A stretch of 64,000 bases of DNA from Candidatus Hydrogenedentota bacterium. GTDB taxonomy: Bacteria > Hydrogenedentota > Hydrogenedentia > Hydrogenedentales > JAEUWI01. The DNA is taken from the NCBI GenBank assembly GCA_034669905.1, contig JAXMOL010000046.1, positions 1-64,000 on the forward strand, written 5' to 3'. This document shows, one piece after another, positions 49,709 through 58,202 of the stretch. Under the pieces are notes generated by a model that saw nothing but the letters and a program-made list of their open reading frames with translations, did not search any database and was not told where the DNA came from. Made by a program: the position numbers and the translations under genes. Position 1 is the stretch's first letter, and every line of letters begins with the position of its first letter.

Positions 49709-50770
49709 TTAGAGCTGGTGCACGTTGGTGGCCAGGTCCGTTTGAATTCGTCGATAAAGATCCTGATTGGAAGCGGCTTCCGTTTTTTTGCGGATGCGAT
49801 AGAGCGTGCTGCGGGATAGATGGGCGATATGGAAGACTGCGTCACCCGGTTTGACCACGGGCATGGTGGTCATTCCGAGAATGATGCCGTCGACCGGGGC
49901 CACCATCTGATTGCGCTCGTCGCCGAAGATATTGTAGTTGGTGGCGAGCAGTTGGCCTTTTTCGACCAGGTCCCCTGGATTTATATTGAAACTCAAGGTT
50001 CCCCCCCGCTCGGCACGCACCCAGGTCGTGCGGCTGATGCGGGTCTGATAGCGCGGTGGCGTAATCGTGCCCCGAACCATATTGAGGCTTTTCAGGACGT
50101 TCATCACGCCCCGTACCCCCACGTTCACCACACCGGGCTCGATTTTCCACACTTCGCCGGCTTCGAGGATGATCGATGGAATGCCTGCGTTCAGCGTGGC
50201 CCGTCGTAATGAGCCCACCGGGCCTTTGCCATTGACGATAAGTTCGCAGCCAAACGCCCGCGCGAGGGCACGGGTCTCGGGCTGGCTGAGGTCGGCCCGT
50301 ACGTTGGGATAGTTGGTGCGCCGCACCGCGGCACTATGAAAGTCGATAAGCATGTCGCACTGTTGCACGACCTTATCGAATATCACGTGGGCCAGACGGC
50401 TGGAGAGGCTGCCGGTCGGCGAGCCGGGAAAGTCCCGGTTCAAATCCCGACGATCCGGAAGATAGCGCATATGGTGTTCCAGGCCATAGACATTCACCAC
50501 AGGCACACAGACCAGCGAGCCGCAGGTAAGCTTGGGCGGCTGATCATAGAGCAATTCTCGGATGATGCCCATGCCATTCAGCTCGTCACCATGCACGCAA
50601 CCCGTCAGTAAAATGCGCGGACCGGCTTTTCGCGCACGGTGGACATGAATCGGAACCGTCACGGCCGAGCCAAGATAGGACTCACTGAATTTAAGTGACA
50701 GGGTCTTGGACTCGCCGGGGGCGACTCGCTGTCCGTCAATGGCAAAAGATTTACGCTTTTTCTTTTCCAT
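49709..50770 (-). CDS. Succinylglutamate desuccinylase/aspartoacylase (M14-like Zn amidohydrolase), RimK-associated
   Basis: HGDE, RDLNRDFPG, DFH, LEAG; C-terminal barrel-sandwich hybrid; overlaps the rimK stop. Confidence 0.88.
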   Translation of the reverse strand: MEKKKRKSFAIDGQRVAPGESKTLSLKFSESYLGSAVTVPIHVHRARKAGPRILLTGCVHGDELNGMGIIRELLYDQPPKLTCGSLVCVPVVNVYGLEHHMRYLPDRRDLNRDFPGSPTGSLSSRLAHVIFDKVVQQCDMLIDFHSAAVRRTNYPNVRADLSQPETRALARAFGCELIVNGKGPVGSLRRATLNAGIPSIILEAGEVWKIEPGVVNVGVRGVMNVLKSLNMVRGTITPPRYQTRISRTTWVRAERGGTLSFNINPGDLVEKGQLLATNYNIFGDERNQMVAPVDGIILGMTTMPVVKPGDAVFHIAHLSRSTLYRIRKKTEAASNQDLYRRIQTDLATNVHQL

Positions 50771-51983
50771 CCGTCGATTCCTCAAAGGGTTGAGCATCTT
50801 GTGGAACAGGTTTTATCTTGGGCTTCCGCAGTTTCTGGCGTTGGGCCACGTGCTCCGGAACGATTGCCCGGAGCTCTCTCAGCTCGCCGAAACACAGGAG
50901 GGTGTCACCCGTTTCTACAACCTCTGCCCCGCCGGGGTTGGGAATAATCTTTTTGTGCCGTCGGATGCTGATAACGCGAATGTTCTTCTCGGACAGGGGG
51001 GTGTCGGACAGGGCCTTTCCTTCCAGGGCGGGCATGTCATGCAGGGGGAACTCGACGACACCATAGCCGGCCGCCAGCCGTATGCGTTGTTTCAAGTCGA
51101 CCTGCGGAAAGAGCACGTGATTTTCCAGATCGGCAATGATGGCTCCGGCAATATCCACTCCGGTGGCCGTTTCGATGCCTTCCAGTCCGGGCGACGAGTT
51201 GACCTCCATCACCTGGGGCCCCTCCGAGGACTCGAGCATATCGACGCCAGCCATCCGCAAGCCGAGAATCTGAGCAGCACGTATGGCGGTCTCTTCGTAA
51301 GCGGGATCCAGGAGCACGCTCTGGGTGGTGCCACCCCGGTGCACGTTGCTGCGGTATTCGCCGGGCTGGGCCTGGCGCCGCATGGCGGCCACCACCTTGT
51401 CCCCCACTACAACGGCCCGTACATCGGAGCCTTTACTCTCCTTGACAAACTTCTGAATGAGCACGTTTTGCTGGGCGCTGTGGAGCGTCTGAATGATGGC
51501 CTCGGCCACCTTCGTGGACTCCGCGAGGATGACGCCTACGCCCTGGGTGCCTTCGAGCAGTTTGATGATGACCGGAACGCCGCCCACCCGTTCGATGGCG
51601 GGAAGGACATCGTTCTCGCTCCGGACGAAAGCCGTGGGAGGCATGCCGATATCATGACGGCTGAGGATTTGCATGGCCCGTAATTTGTCACGAGAGGTGG
51701 CAATGGCGACCGAATCATTGGCGGCATAAATACCCACCTGCTCAAATTGACGTAACACGGCCAGGCCATAGTGGGTAATGGATTGTCCGATGCGGGGAAT
51801 GACGGCATCATAGTGGGAAAGACGGCGACCACGGAAGTACAACTCCGGCGTGTCCCGCTCCAGGGTCATGGAGAACCGGAGGGTATCGAGCCGCTTGATT
51901 TCATGTCCACGGGCTGCGGCCGCTTCTTTTAAACGGCGAACGCTATACCCTCGTTTACTGCGGCTCAAAATGGCGATTTTCAA
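50751..51983 (-). CDS. rimK: RimK alpha-L-glutamate ligase with a C-terminal TrkA-C (RCK_C) domain
   Basis: MKIAILSR...VIPRIG, RDKLR, KLLEGTQGVGV, RSNVHRGG, EVNSSPGLEGIE; extra LEGKALSD..IRVISIRR..PNP....TGDTLLCFG. Confidence 0.9.
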   Translation of the reverse strand: MKIAILSRSKRGYSVRRLKEAAAARGHEIKRLDTLRFSMTLERDTPELYFRGRRLSHYDAVIPRIGQSITHYGLAVLRQFEQVGIYAANDSVAIATSRDKLRAMQILSRHDIGMPPTAFVRSENDVLPAIERVGGVPVIIKLLEGTQGVGVILAESTKVAEAIIQTLHSAQQNVLIQKFVKESKGSDVRAVVVGDKVVAAMRRQAQPGEYRSNVHRGGTTQSVLLDPAYEETAIRAAQILGLRMAGVDMLESSEGPQVMEVNSSPGLEGIETATGVDIAGAIIADLENHVLFPQVDLKQRIRLAAGYGVVEFPLHDMPALEGKALSDTPLSEKNIRVISIRRHKKIIPNPGGAEVVETGDTLLCFGELRELRAIVPEHVAQRQKLRKPKIKPVPQDAQPFEESTDGKEKA

Positions 51984-51986
51984 CGG

Positions 51987-52427
51987 CTAACTACCTTTCA
52001 AGTGGGCGTCCGGCTTGCCGAGCTCGTGGCGGCGACTTACGTCCACCACGAAATCCCGTTCCAGTGCCTTCCGCCCCAACAACATGCGATATACCATTTT
52101 CTCGCGACACACCAGCGAGATTTCGATTTCTTTGATTACCGGGCCCACCTGGACCCGGGTCTTTACGAAGCAACGTTTCTTGTAGTCGCCCGTACTCGAG
52201 CGGACCTTCGCCCATTTGACGACCTTCGCGCGTACCTTTTTGCGGCGACGGGGGCCGTTTACCTTTAAAACAACGTAGAACTCGACTTCGCCGTTGTCCA
52301 ACGTCTCGAGGTCATCTACGTGGAGTGCGCTGGTGCGCGCTCCCGTATCCACCTTCGCCTTCATTGCATTCACGTGCCAATCCGGGAATGACACATACTC
52401 CGACCACCCGATGACGGTCTTCTTCAT
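51987..52427 (-). CDS. RimK-associated RimB-like protease (retropepsin-like fold)
   Basis: IGWSEYV, AKVDTGARTSALH, VRSS, R.KMVYRMLLGR.AL; ATG after GGAG. Confidence 0.85.
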   Translation of the reverse strand: MKKTVIGWSEYVSFPDWHVNAMKAKVDTGARTSALHVDDLETLDNGEVEFYVVLKVNGPRRRKKVRAKVVKWAKVRSSTGDYKKRCFVKTRVQVGPVIKEIEISLVCREKMVYRMLLGRKALERDFVVDVSRRHELGKPDAHLKGS

Positions 52428-52551
52428 ACAGTTCTCCACGTGCACCCGGGGGTGCATTCAGCCCGTAAACCCAAAAAAGCGCTGCGCCAGCGCCCTGTTT
52501 CATCGTGGTGAGTGTACTGGAGTGGAGATGGTGGAATAAAGATAATTCGTT

Positions 52552-52583
52552 AAAAAGGGCGGGAAAATGGCTTTCCCGCCCTT
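52552..52583 (-). terminator. Rho-independent terminator of cydAB
   Basis: AAGGGCGGGAAA-5 nt-TTTCCCGCCCTT running into TTTTT on the minus strand. Confidence 0.8.
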
Positions 52584-52631
52584 GCAAGGGGCTAATACGC
52601 CGTGTGTATCGGCGCCTTTGTGTCCGTGTAC

Positions 52632-53651
52632 CTAGGCCTTCCGGGAGAGCTCGCTTTGTCCCTTGAAGACCCAGAAAAGGAGCAACAGAGAAGGCACCAG
52701 AATGATGGAACCCAGTGCGGCCGTGATGATGAAGAGCCACAGTACCGCATCGGGACCCGCCGCTGCCTGGATGGAAATGGACGGTGGTACCAGTGCGGGG
52801 TATTGCCCCAAGGCCCAACCGCCGATTACCGCGCCTACCGTTACCGAGGCACCCAGGGGGGCCAGCGTGGACCAGCCCCGGTACAAGGCGTACAGCGAGC
52901 CCACGCCTGCCGCCATGGAGAGGACGACCAGTATAAGCGCCCGGCCGGTGAGTTCCTCCCAGAGCATGGGCGCGTCAATGGCGACGACCACCAACCCTGC
53001 GGCGGCAAAGAGCCCTACGGTGACGCCCATGCGCAACGCCCGGCGGCGCCAGGTGGCCATCCACGCTTCGTTCCCCTCGCGACAGGCGTCTCGAAAGAGA
53101 AATACGGCCGCGATATAGGCACAGACGCCTACCGAAAAGAATCCCGTGTAGATGGACAGGAACGAAATCCAGTCACTGAGGTAACTGCCCTCAAAGCCTC
53201 CCGTCGCCGTAACCCGGAGTTGGCCGGAGGCAATGGCACCGGCGGACGCGCCGAGGAAAAAAGGCGTGAAGGTGGAGGAAAGGGCAAACACGATACCCCA
53301 GCGACGTTGAACGTCCTCTGCTCCGTGCGCGTAGTGACGAAAGGCGAAGCCACAGCCCCGGAAAACGATGCCAACGAGGGCCAGCAACAGGGGGACCCAC
53401 AAGGCACGGCTCAGGGCGGCGAAGGCGGGTGGAAAGGCAGAAAACAGGACCACTACCACGAAAATAAGCCAGACGTGGTTGGTTTCCCAAATGGGCCCCA
53501 TGGCCCGATCGCAGAAACGCTGTTCCTCGGGAGGCATGCGGAAGGCCAGGTTAAATTGCCAGACACCGGCACCGAAGTCGGCCCCACCAAATACGGCATA
53601 GAGCACCATCGCCACGCCGGTTACAATGAAGAGAATGACATCAGGTCCCAT
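52632..53651 (-). CDS. cydB: Cytochrome bd oxidase subunit II
   Basis: FGGADFGAG, GPIWETNHVWLI, GIVFRG, QYP.LVPP; multi-TM. Confidence 0.9.
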   Translation of the reverse strand: MGPDVILFIVTGVAMVLYAVFGGADFGAGVWQFNLAFRMPPEEQRFCDRAMGPIWETNHVWLIFVVVVLFSAFPPAFAALSRALWVPLLLALVGIVFRGCGFAFRHYAHGAEDVQRRWGIVFALSSTFTPFFLGASAGAIASGQLRVTATGGFEGSYLSDWISFLSIYTGFFSVGVCAYIAAVFLFRDACREGNEAWMATWRRRALRMGVTVGLFAAAGLVVVAIDAPMLWEELTGRALILVVLSMAAGVGSLYALYRGWSTLAPLGASVTVGAVIGGWALGQYPALVPPSISIQAAAGPDAVLWLFIITAALGSIILVPSLLLLFWVFKGQSELSRKA

Positions 53652-54963
53652 GGTTCACGTCCTCCGGTAGCGGTTGGCGCGCAAGGATGGTCATCACGGT
53701 CACGATCCCAAAGGTCAGGATAGCGTAGATGGCCATGGTCGCGGCGAAAACGCCCCAGATTCCGGGCGCGTCGGTGACCGCATCCACGGTGCGCATGTGG
53801 CCCTGCACGATCCAGGGTTGGCGGCCCACTTCGGTAACGACCCAACCGGCTTCCATGGCCACGATGGCGGCCGGGCCGGAAAATGCCACGCACCATAAGA
53901 ATAACCTGGAAACCGGCAGGCTCCGGGTACGCCACCAGGATATGGCCAGCCAGACACCCAGCCCAATCAGCACCGTGCCCAGGCCCACCATAATCTGGAA
54001 GGCGACATGGACAACGGGGACGGGCGGCAGGTCTTCGGCGGGAAATTCCTCCAAGCCCTTTACCTCCGCATGGGGGTCGCCGTAGGCGAGAATGGAAAGC
54101 ATGTAGGGAATCTTAATCGCGTAGCGCGTCTCCCCCGCTTCCATGTCGGGCAAGCCGCCGATGGCCAGCGAAGCCCCCTTTTCAGTTTTGAAGTGCCCCT
54201 CCATGGCCGCCAGTTTAATGGGCTGGTGTTTGGCGACGGCTTTGGCGGACCAATCCCCCACGACGGCCTGGATGGGTGCGAAGATACAGCCAAAGACGAG
54301 CCCAATGGCCATGGCGTTTCGGGTGTAGCCCGTCCGATTGCCCCAGAGCTGCATGACGGCATAGAGCGAGGCCACCGAAAAGCCGGCCACCATGTAGGCG
54401 GCCACATTCATATGGGTGGTTTGGGTCCATATCATGGGGTTGAACATGGCTGCGATGGGATCGATGTCGGTGATTTTTCCATCGACCACGGAGAAGCCCC
54501 GTGGGGTGTTCATCCACGCATTGGCCGTCACCACAAACCATGCGGACATAAAACCTGAGATAGCAATCGGAACGCCGGTCCACCAATGGGCCCAACCGGG
54601 AAGCTTTTCCCATCCATAGAGGTAAATGCCGACGAAGATGGCTTCCAGGAAAAAGGCGAAGCCTTCCATGGTAAAGGGAAATCCGATGACCGATCCATAG
54701 GTGCCCATGAATTCGGGCCATAGGAGCCCCAACTCAAAGGAAAGCACAGTACCGGAAACGGCGCCCGCCGCGAAGAGCACCGCAAAGCCCTTGGACCATC
54801 GTTTGGTGATGGCCAGCCAGACCTTCTCCCCCGTCTTGAGATAGCGGTATTCCGCATAGAGTAACAGGACCGGAAGCCCCACCCCCATGCAGGCAATGAT
54901 GATGTGCCAGCCCAGGGTGAATGCCATCTGCATTCGGGCCGCCATCAGGTTCGAAAGGTCCAT
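53641..54963 (-). CDS. cydA: Cytochrome bd oxidase subunit I (short Q-loop)
   Basis: ATG after AAGGAGG; ARMQMAFTLGWH, FFLEAIF, ANAWMNTP, QPIKLAAMEG, MEAGWVVTEVGRQPW. Confidence 0.95.
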   Translation of the reverse strand: MDLSNLMAARMQMAFTLGWHIIIACMGVGLPVLLLYAEYRYLKTGEKVWLAITKRWSKGFAVLFAAGAVSGTVLSFELGLLWPEFMGTYGSVIGFPFTMEGFAFFLEAIFVGIYLYGWEKLPGWAHWWTGVPIAISGFMSAWFVVTANAWMNTPRGFSVVDGKITDIDPIAAMFNPMIWTQTTHMNVAAYMVAGFSVASLYAVMQLWGNRTGYTRNAMAIGLVFGCIFAPIQAVVGDWSAKAVAKHQPIKLAAMEGHFKTEKGASLAIGGLPDMEAGETRYAIKIPYMLSILAYGDPHAEVKGLEEFPAEDLPPVPVVHVAFQIMVGLGTVLIGLGVWLAISWWRTRSLPVSRLFLWCVAFSGPAAIVAMEAGWVVTEVGRQPWIVQGHMRTVDAVTDAPGIWGVFAATMAIYAILTFGIVTVMTILARQPLPEDVNHGT

Positions 54964-55140
54964 GAAATGCCCTCCTTCGAAGGGTACTGCTATGCACAAC
55001 CAACGACACACAAGACGGGTTGAGCATAGCACACCGCAGAGGGGAAAGTCGCGCCCATACACCCTGAACCCCTTGAAAACATTAGGTGTAATGATGACAA
55101 TCCTGATGGTATTGGTCGGGATTAGCGGGTCCGGACGTGG

Positions 55141-55168
55141 TTGTCATAGACCGACCGGTGTATACTAT
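55141..55168 (+). promoter_or_regulatory. Candidate sigma70 promoter of the DUF1697 gene
   Basis: TTGTCA-N16-TACTAT (TATACT overlapping), about 45 nt upstream of ATG 55215. Confidence 0.45.
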
Positions 55169-55214
55169 TGCCCGACTTCGAAACAGACGGTGGAATGGCT
55201 CAAAGGGTGGAATT

Positions 55215-55751
55215 ATGACGACGTACATTGCCTTCTTGCGCGGCATCAATGTGGGGGGCAAAAATCGACTCCCCATGGCCGAACTCAAGGCCTACCTGGA
55301 GGGTGCCGGTTTTCGCAAGGTCAGGACCTATATCCAGAGCGGCAATATCGTATTTGAACACGCAACCGCTGCAACACCTGCACTCGCCGATCAGATTGGG
55401 GACGTCGTCGCGTCTGCCAAGGGCTTCCGCCCGGCCGTGGTTGTCATAGACCGCGCTGCGCTGGAAGCCGCCATTACGGGCAATCCATTTCCGGGTGATG
55501 AGGCGTTGGACAAAACGCTCCATCTCTACTTCCTTTCGGAGAGGCCCACCGCACCGGATTTTGAAAAGTTGGATGCTATTAAAGGGAGAACCGAATCGTA
55601 TCGGCTCAAAGACGCCGTGTTCTACCTGCACACCCCGGATGGCTTTGGTCGCTCCAAGCTTGCCCAGCGTGTGGAGAAGCTACTGGGTGTGAACGCAACG
55701 GCCCGAAACTGGCGCACGGTCCACAAGGTAATGGAGTTGGCATCGGAGTGA
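55215..55751 (+). CDS. DUF1697 family protein
   Basis: YIAFLRGINVGGKN, VRTYIQSGNIVF, TARNWRTV. Confidence 0.9.
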   Translation: MTTYIAFLRGINVGGKNRLPMAELKAYLEGAGFRKVRTYIQSGNIVFEHATAATPALADQIGDVVASAKGFRPAVVVIDRAALEAAITGNPFPGDEALDKTLHLYFLSERPTAPDFEKLDAIKGRTESYRLKDAVFYLHTPDGFGRSKLAQRVEKLLGVNATARNWRTVHKVMELASE

Positions 55752-55857
55752 GTGGGACAAGGGCGGGAAAGCGGTGTGTGCGCGGTTTTTATCGATCCCC
55801 GTTGCTTTTGTTGCGGGTAGGCAAACCCGCACTCCGACGGAAGTCCCTCAGTGGTGA

Positions 55858-57180
55858 TCAGGTGAGTGCACGCCGGGGAGCGGCGCGGAGCTGGGTCTGG
55901 AAGGATTTCCGGCGGGTCTGGACGCGCTCCTCGGAATACACATTGCCCACGAGTTTGCGAAAGCCTTCTGCCAGCGCCGTGGCGGACATCCCGTCGGGCT
56001 GGAAGTTGACGTCGAAGAGCGTGCATCGTTCCCAGGCGGTGGGTTCAAGTAGGCGTCCCGCGCGCAGCAATCGGTCGTAAAGGGGCGTGCCGGGGAAGGG
56101 GGTCTGCACGGTAACCTGTACTTCGTAGAGCCCGCTCTGGTCCACGAAGTCCAGCACCTCGTCAAAGCTTTCTTCCCCCGTCCCATCCAGCCCGAGAATG
56201 AAGCAGCCGTTCACGCTGATGCCATGCCGTTGAATACGTTCGATGGCTTCCAGATACCCATCCACCTGATGGGCCTTCCAATTGGCCTTCTGTTCGAGTC
56301 CCTCTACCCCTGATCGTGTGGGGTGCTCAAAGCCTATCAATACCTGGGCACAGCCGCTGTCCCGCAACATGGAGAGGAGTTCGTCGTCTCTGGCGATAGA
56401 GATATCCGTCTCGGTAAACCATCGGACGCCTTCCCTGGCGATGGCCTGCACGAGTTTTTTTCCGTGGTTACGGTTGGCAAAGGTGTTGTCGTCGGCCAAT
56501 TCAATGAAAGGCCGCCGCCACAGGGCCTTGATAGCCTCGATTTCGGACACCACCTTTTCGACGGGCTTGACCTTGAAACGGGGCGACAGGCGAATGCTGG
56601 AGGCGCAAAATTCGCACGCGAAGGGGCAGCCCCGTTGGGTCTGGACGGTGAGCCGGTTATAGCGGTTTATATCGAGGAGGTCGAAGCGCGGCATGGGCGC
56701 ATTCGCGAGGTCGAAGGGGCTCGACCGCGCGTCGTAGCGCGCCTGTAGGGTGCCGTGGCGGAGGTCGTGTAGGACTTGCGGCCATACCGGCTCCGCCTCC
56801 CCCACCACCACGGCGTTGGCATGGGCCTGTGCCTCATCGGGCAAGGCCGTCACGTGAAGTCCTCCGAGGATAACCTGGGTGCCTGCGGCACGATAGCGAT
56901 CGGCCAGGTGATAGGCGTCCTTTATCATGGCACTGAAGCTCGCAATGGCCACCACATCGAATTCCCCCGGAAGATGGTCCACGGCGTCGAGCTCGGGCAC
57001 TTCCAGGTAGGTCATATCGATTTCAGGGGGTGTCATGCCCGCCAGCGTCAGCAGTCCGAGACTGGGCAGCGAGGCGATGACCCTGCTCCGCTCCACAAAA
57101 CCGGGCAGGGTCAGTCCCAGTTCCATCAGTTGGGCGTCCTGTACCCGCACCCCACTCATGGCGATGAATCCCAACTTCAT
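55858..57180 (-). CDS. Cobalamin-binding radical SAM protein
   Basis: LPSLGLLTLA, ILGGLHVT, GEAE (B12 domain); RGCPFACEFC (CxxxCxxC); DDN, FILG, TPFPGTPLY. Confidence 0.92.
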   Translation of the reverse strand: MKLGFIAMSGVRVQDAQLMELGLTLPGFVERSRVIASLPSLGLLTLAGMTPPEIDMTYLEVPELDAVDHLPGEFDVVAIASFSAMIKDAYHLADRYRAAGTQVILGGLHVTALPDEAQAHANAVVVGEAEPVWPQVLHDLRHGTLQARYDARSSPFDLANAPMPRFDLLDINRYNRLTVQTQRGCPFACEFCASSIRLSPRFKVKPVEKVVSEIEAIKALWRRPFIELADDNTFANRNHGKKLVQAIAREGVRWFTETDISIARDDELLSMLRDSGCAQVLIGFEHPTRSGVEGLEQKANWKAHQVDGYLEAIERIQRHGISVNGCFILGLDGTGEESFDEVLDFVDQSGLYEVQVTVQTPFPGTPLYDRLLRAGRLLEPTAWERCTLFDVNFQPDGMSATALAEGFRKLVGNVYSEERVQTRRKSFQTQLRAAPRRALT

Positions 57181-57186
57181 GGGGCA

Positions 57187-57966
57187 CTACCCTTCTTCCG
57201 CCGGATCGGGGCTATTTTCCGTATTGGCGGTTTCGGCCGGGTGGCGCGTTGATGCGTCGGTCTCCTTCTCGAGAGCTTTCGGTGGACGCGTTTTCCCAAT
57301 CTGGACGAGATACATCATGAGCAAGATGGGTGATCCATAAACGGAGAGCACGGTCAGCATGAGTAGGATGAAATAGGCGCCATCATTGGCCGTACGGTTG
57401 GCATCATGAAGTCCCGCCATGACGTTGAAGACGGCCTGTTCCAGATTCAGCATGGCGAGTGTGGCGATCACCAGGGCCATGGGGAGTGGTGCCGTCATGA
57501 GCACTACGTTGAGTTTCAACTGCGCGGAGCGCGTGAGGTAGAGTACAAAGAGTGCGACCCGCCACAGGGCCACGATGGCGAGGAAGTACACATTGATAGA
57601 CTCAGCCGCTGCCAGGTCCATGAATCGCTCCACCGGTATGGCGTAGAGAATCGCGGGCGGGGAGGTCATCCCCACGAAGGTCAGCACGTTGCGGTAGGAC
57701 CAGTTCTTCGGGCCGAGGGGCATAAACAGCAACCACATGATAAGCGCCAGCACGAAAATATAGGCAACGGAGCCCAGACCGGCGTACTGCCACCACTGGG
57801 CACTGGGGTGATCCCAATAGCGCCCCAAACCCGCGAGCCAGGCCGTGCCCACGGCCAGGAATAGATAGTGTAAGCCCAGCCGCTTCATGTCGGGACGTAC
57901 CGGGAGGAAGCAGAGAAACTTCAGCTCCGTGACCAGGACCTCTTTCCAGTCGGATAGGTGTCTCAT
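57187..57966 (-). CDS. Hypothetical integral membrane protein (about 6 TM)
   Basis: ATG after GGGGG; hydrophobic helices; WLAGLGRYWDHPSA, PPAILYAIPVERF; stop 6 nt before the radical SAM start. Confidence 0.75.
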   Translation of the reverse strand: MRHLSDWKEVLVTELKFLCFLPVRPDMKRLGLHYLFLAVGTAWLAGLGRYWDHPSAQWWQYAGLGSVAYIFVLALIMWLLFMPLGPKNWSYRNVLTFVGMTSPPAILYAIPVERFMDLAAAESINVYFLAIVALWRVALFVLYLTRSAQLKLNVVLMTAPLPMALVIATLAMLNLEQAVFNVMAGLHDANRTANDGAYFILLMLTVLSVYGSPILLMMYLVQIGKTRPPKALEKETDASTRHPAETANTENSPDPAEEG

Positions 57967-58202
57967 AAATACCCCCGTCGTTGTGTAAACTGCAATCAGC
58001 CTATCCTTTCGGATAAGTTCCTGTCCAATCGGAATCAGGTGATTGCTCGAGAGTATGCCAGGTCTCAGGAGAGAAATCCCTGGACATACTTTCCGCGCAG
58101 GAACGTCACCATACGCGTTCAGACCCGTATGCCGAAGATCGCGCGGCACGACTGGGGTATACTGTTCTCGTGCGTGCACCTCAACCACGGGATATCCTGC
58201 CC

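Noticed and set aside
57967..58202. Cobalamin riboswitch upstream of the B12-radical SAM unit
   Set aside because: Only a GAGACCTGGC fragment resembles the B12 box; the GGGAA and GCAACTGT core elements are missing.
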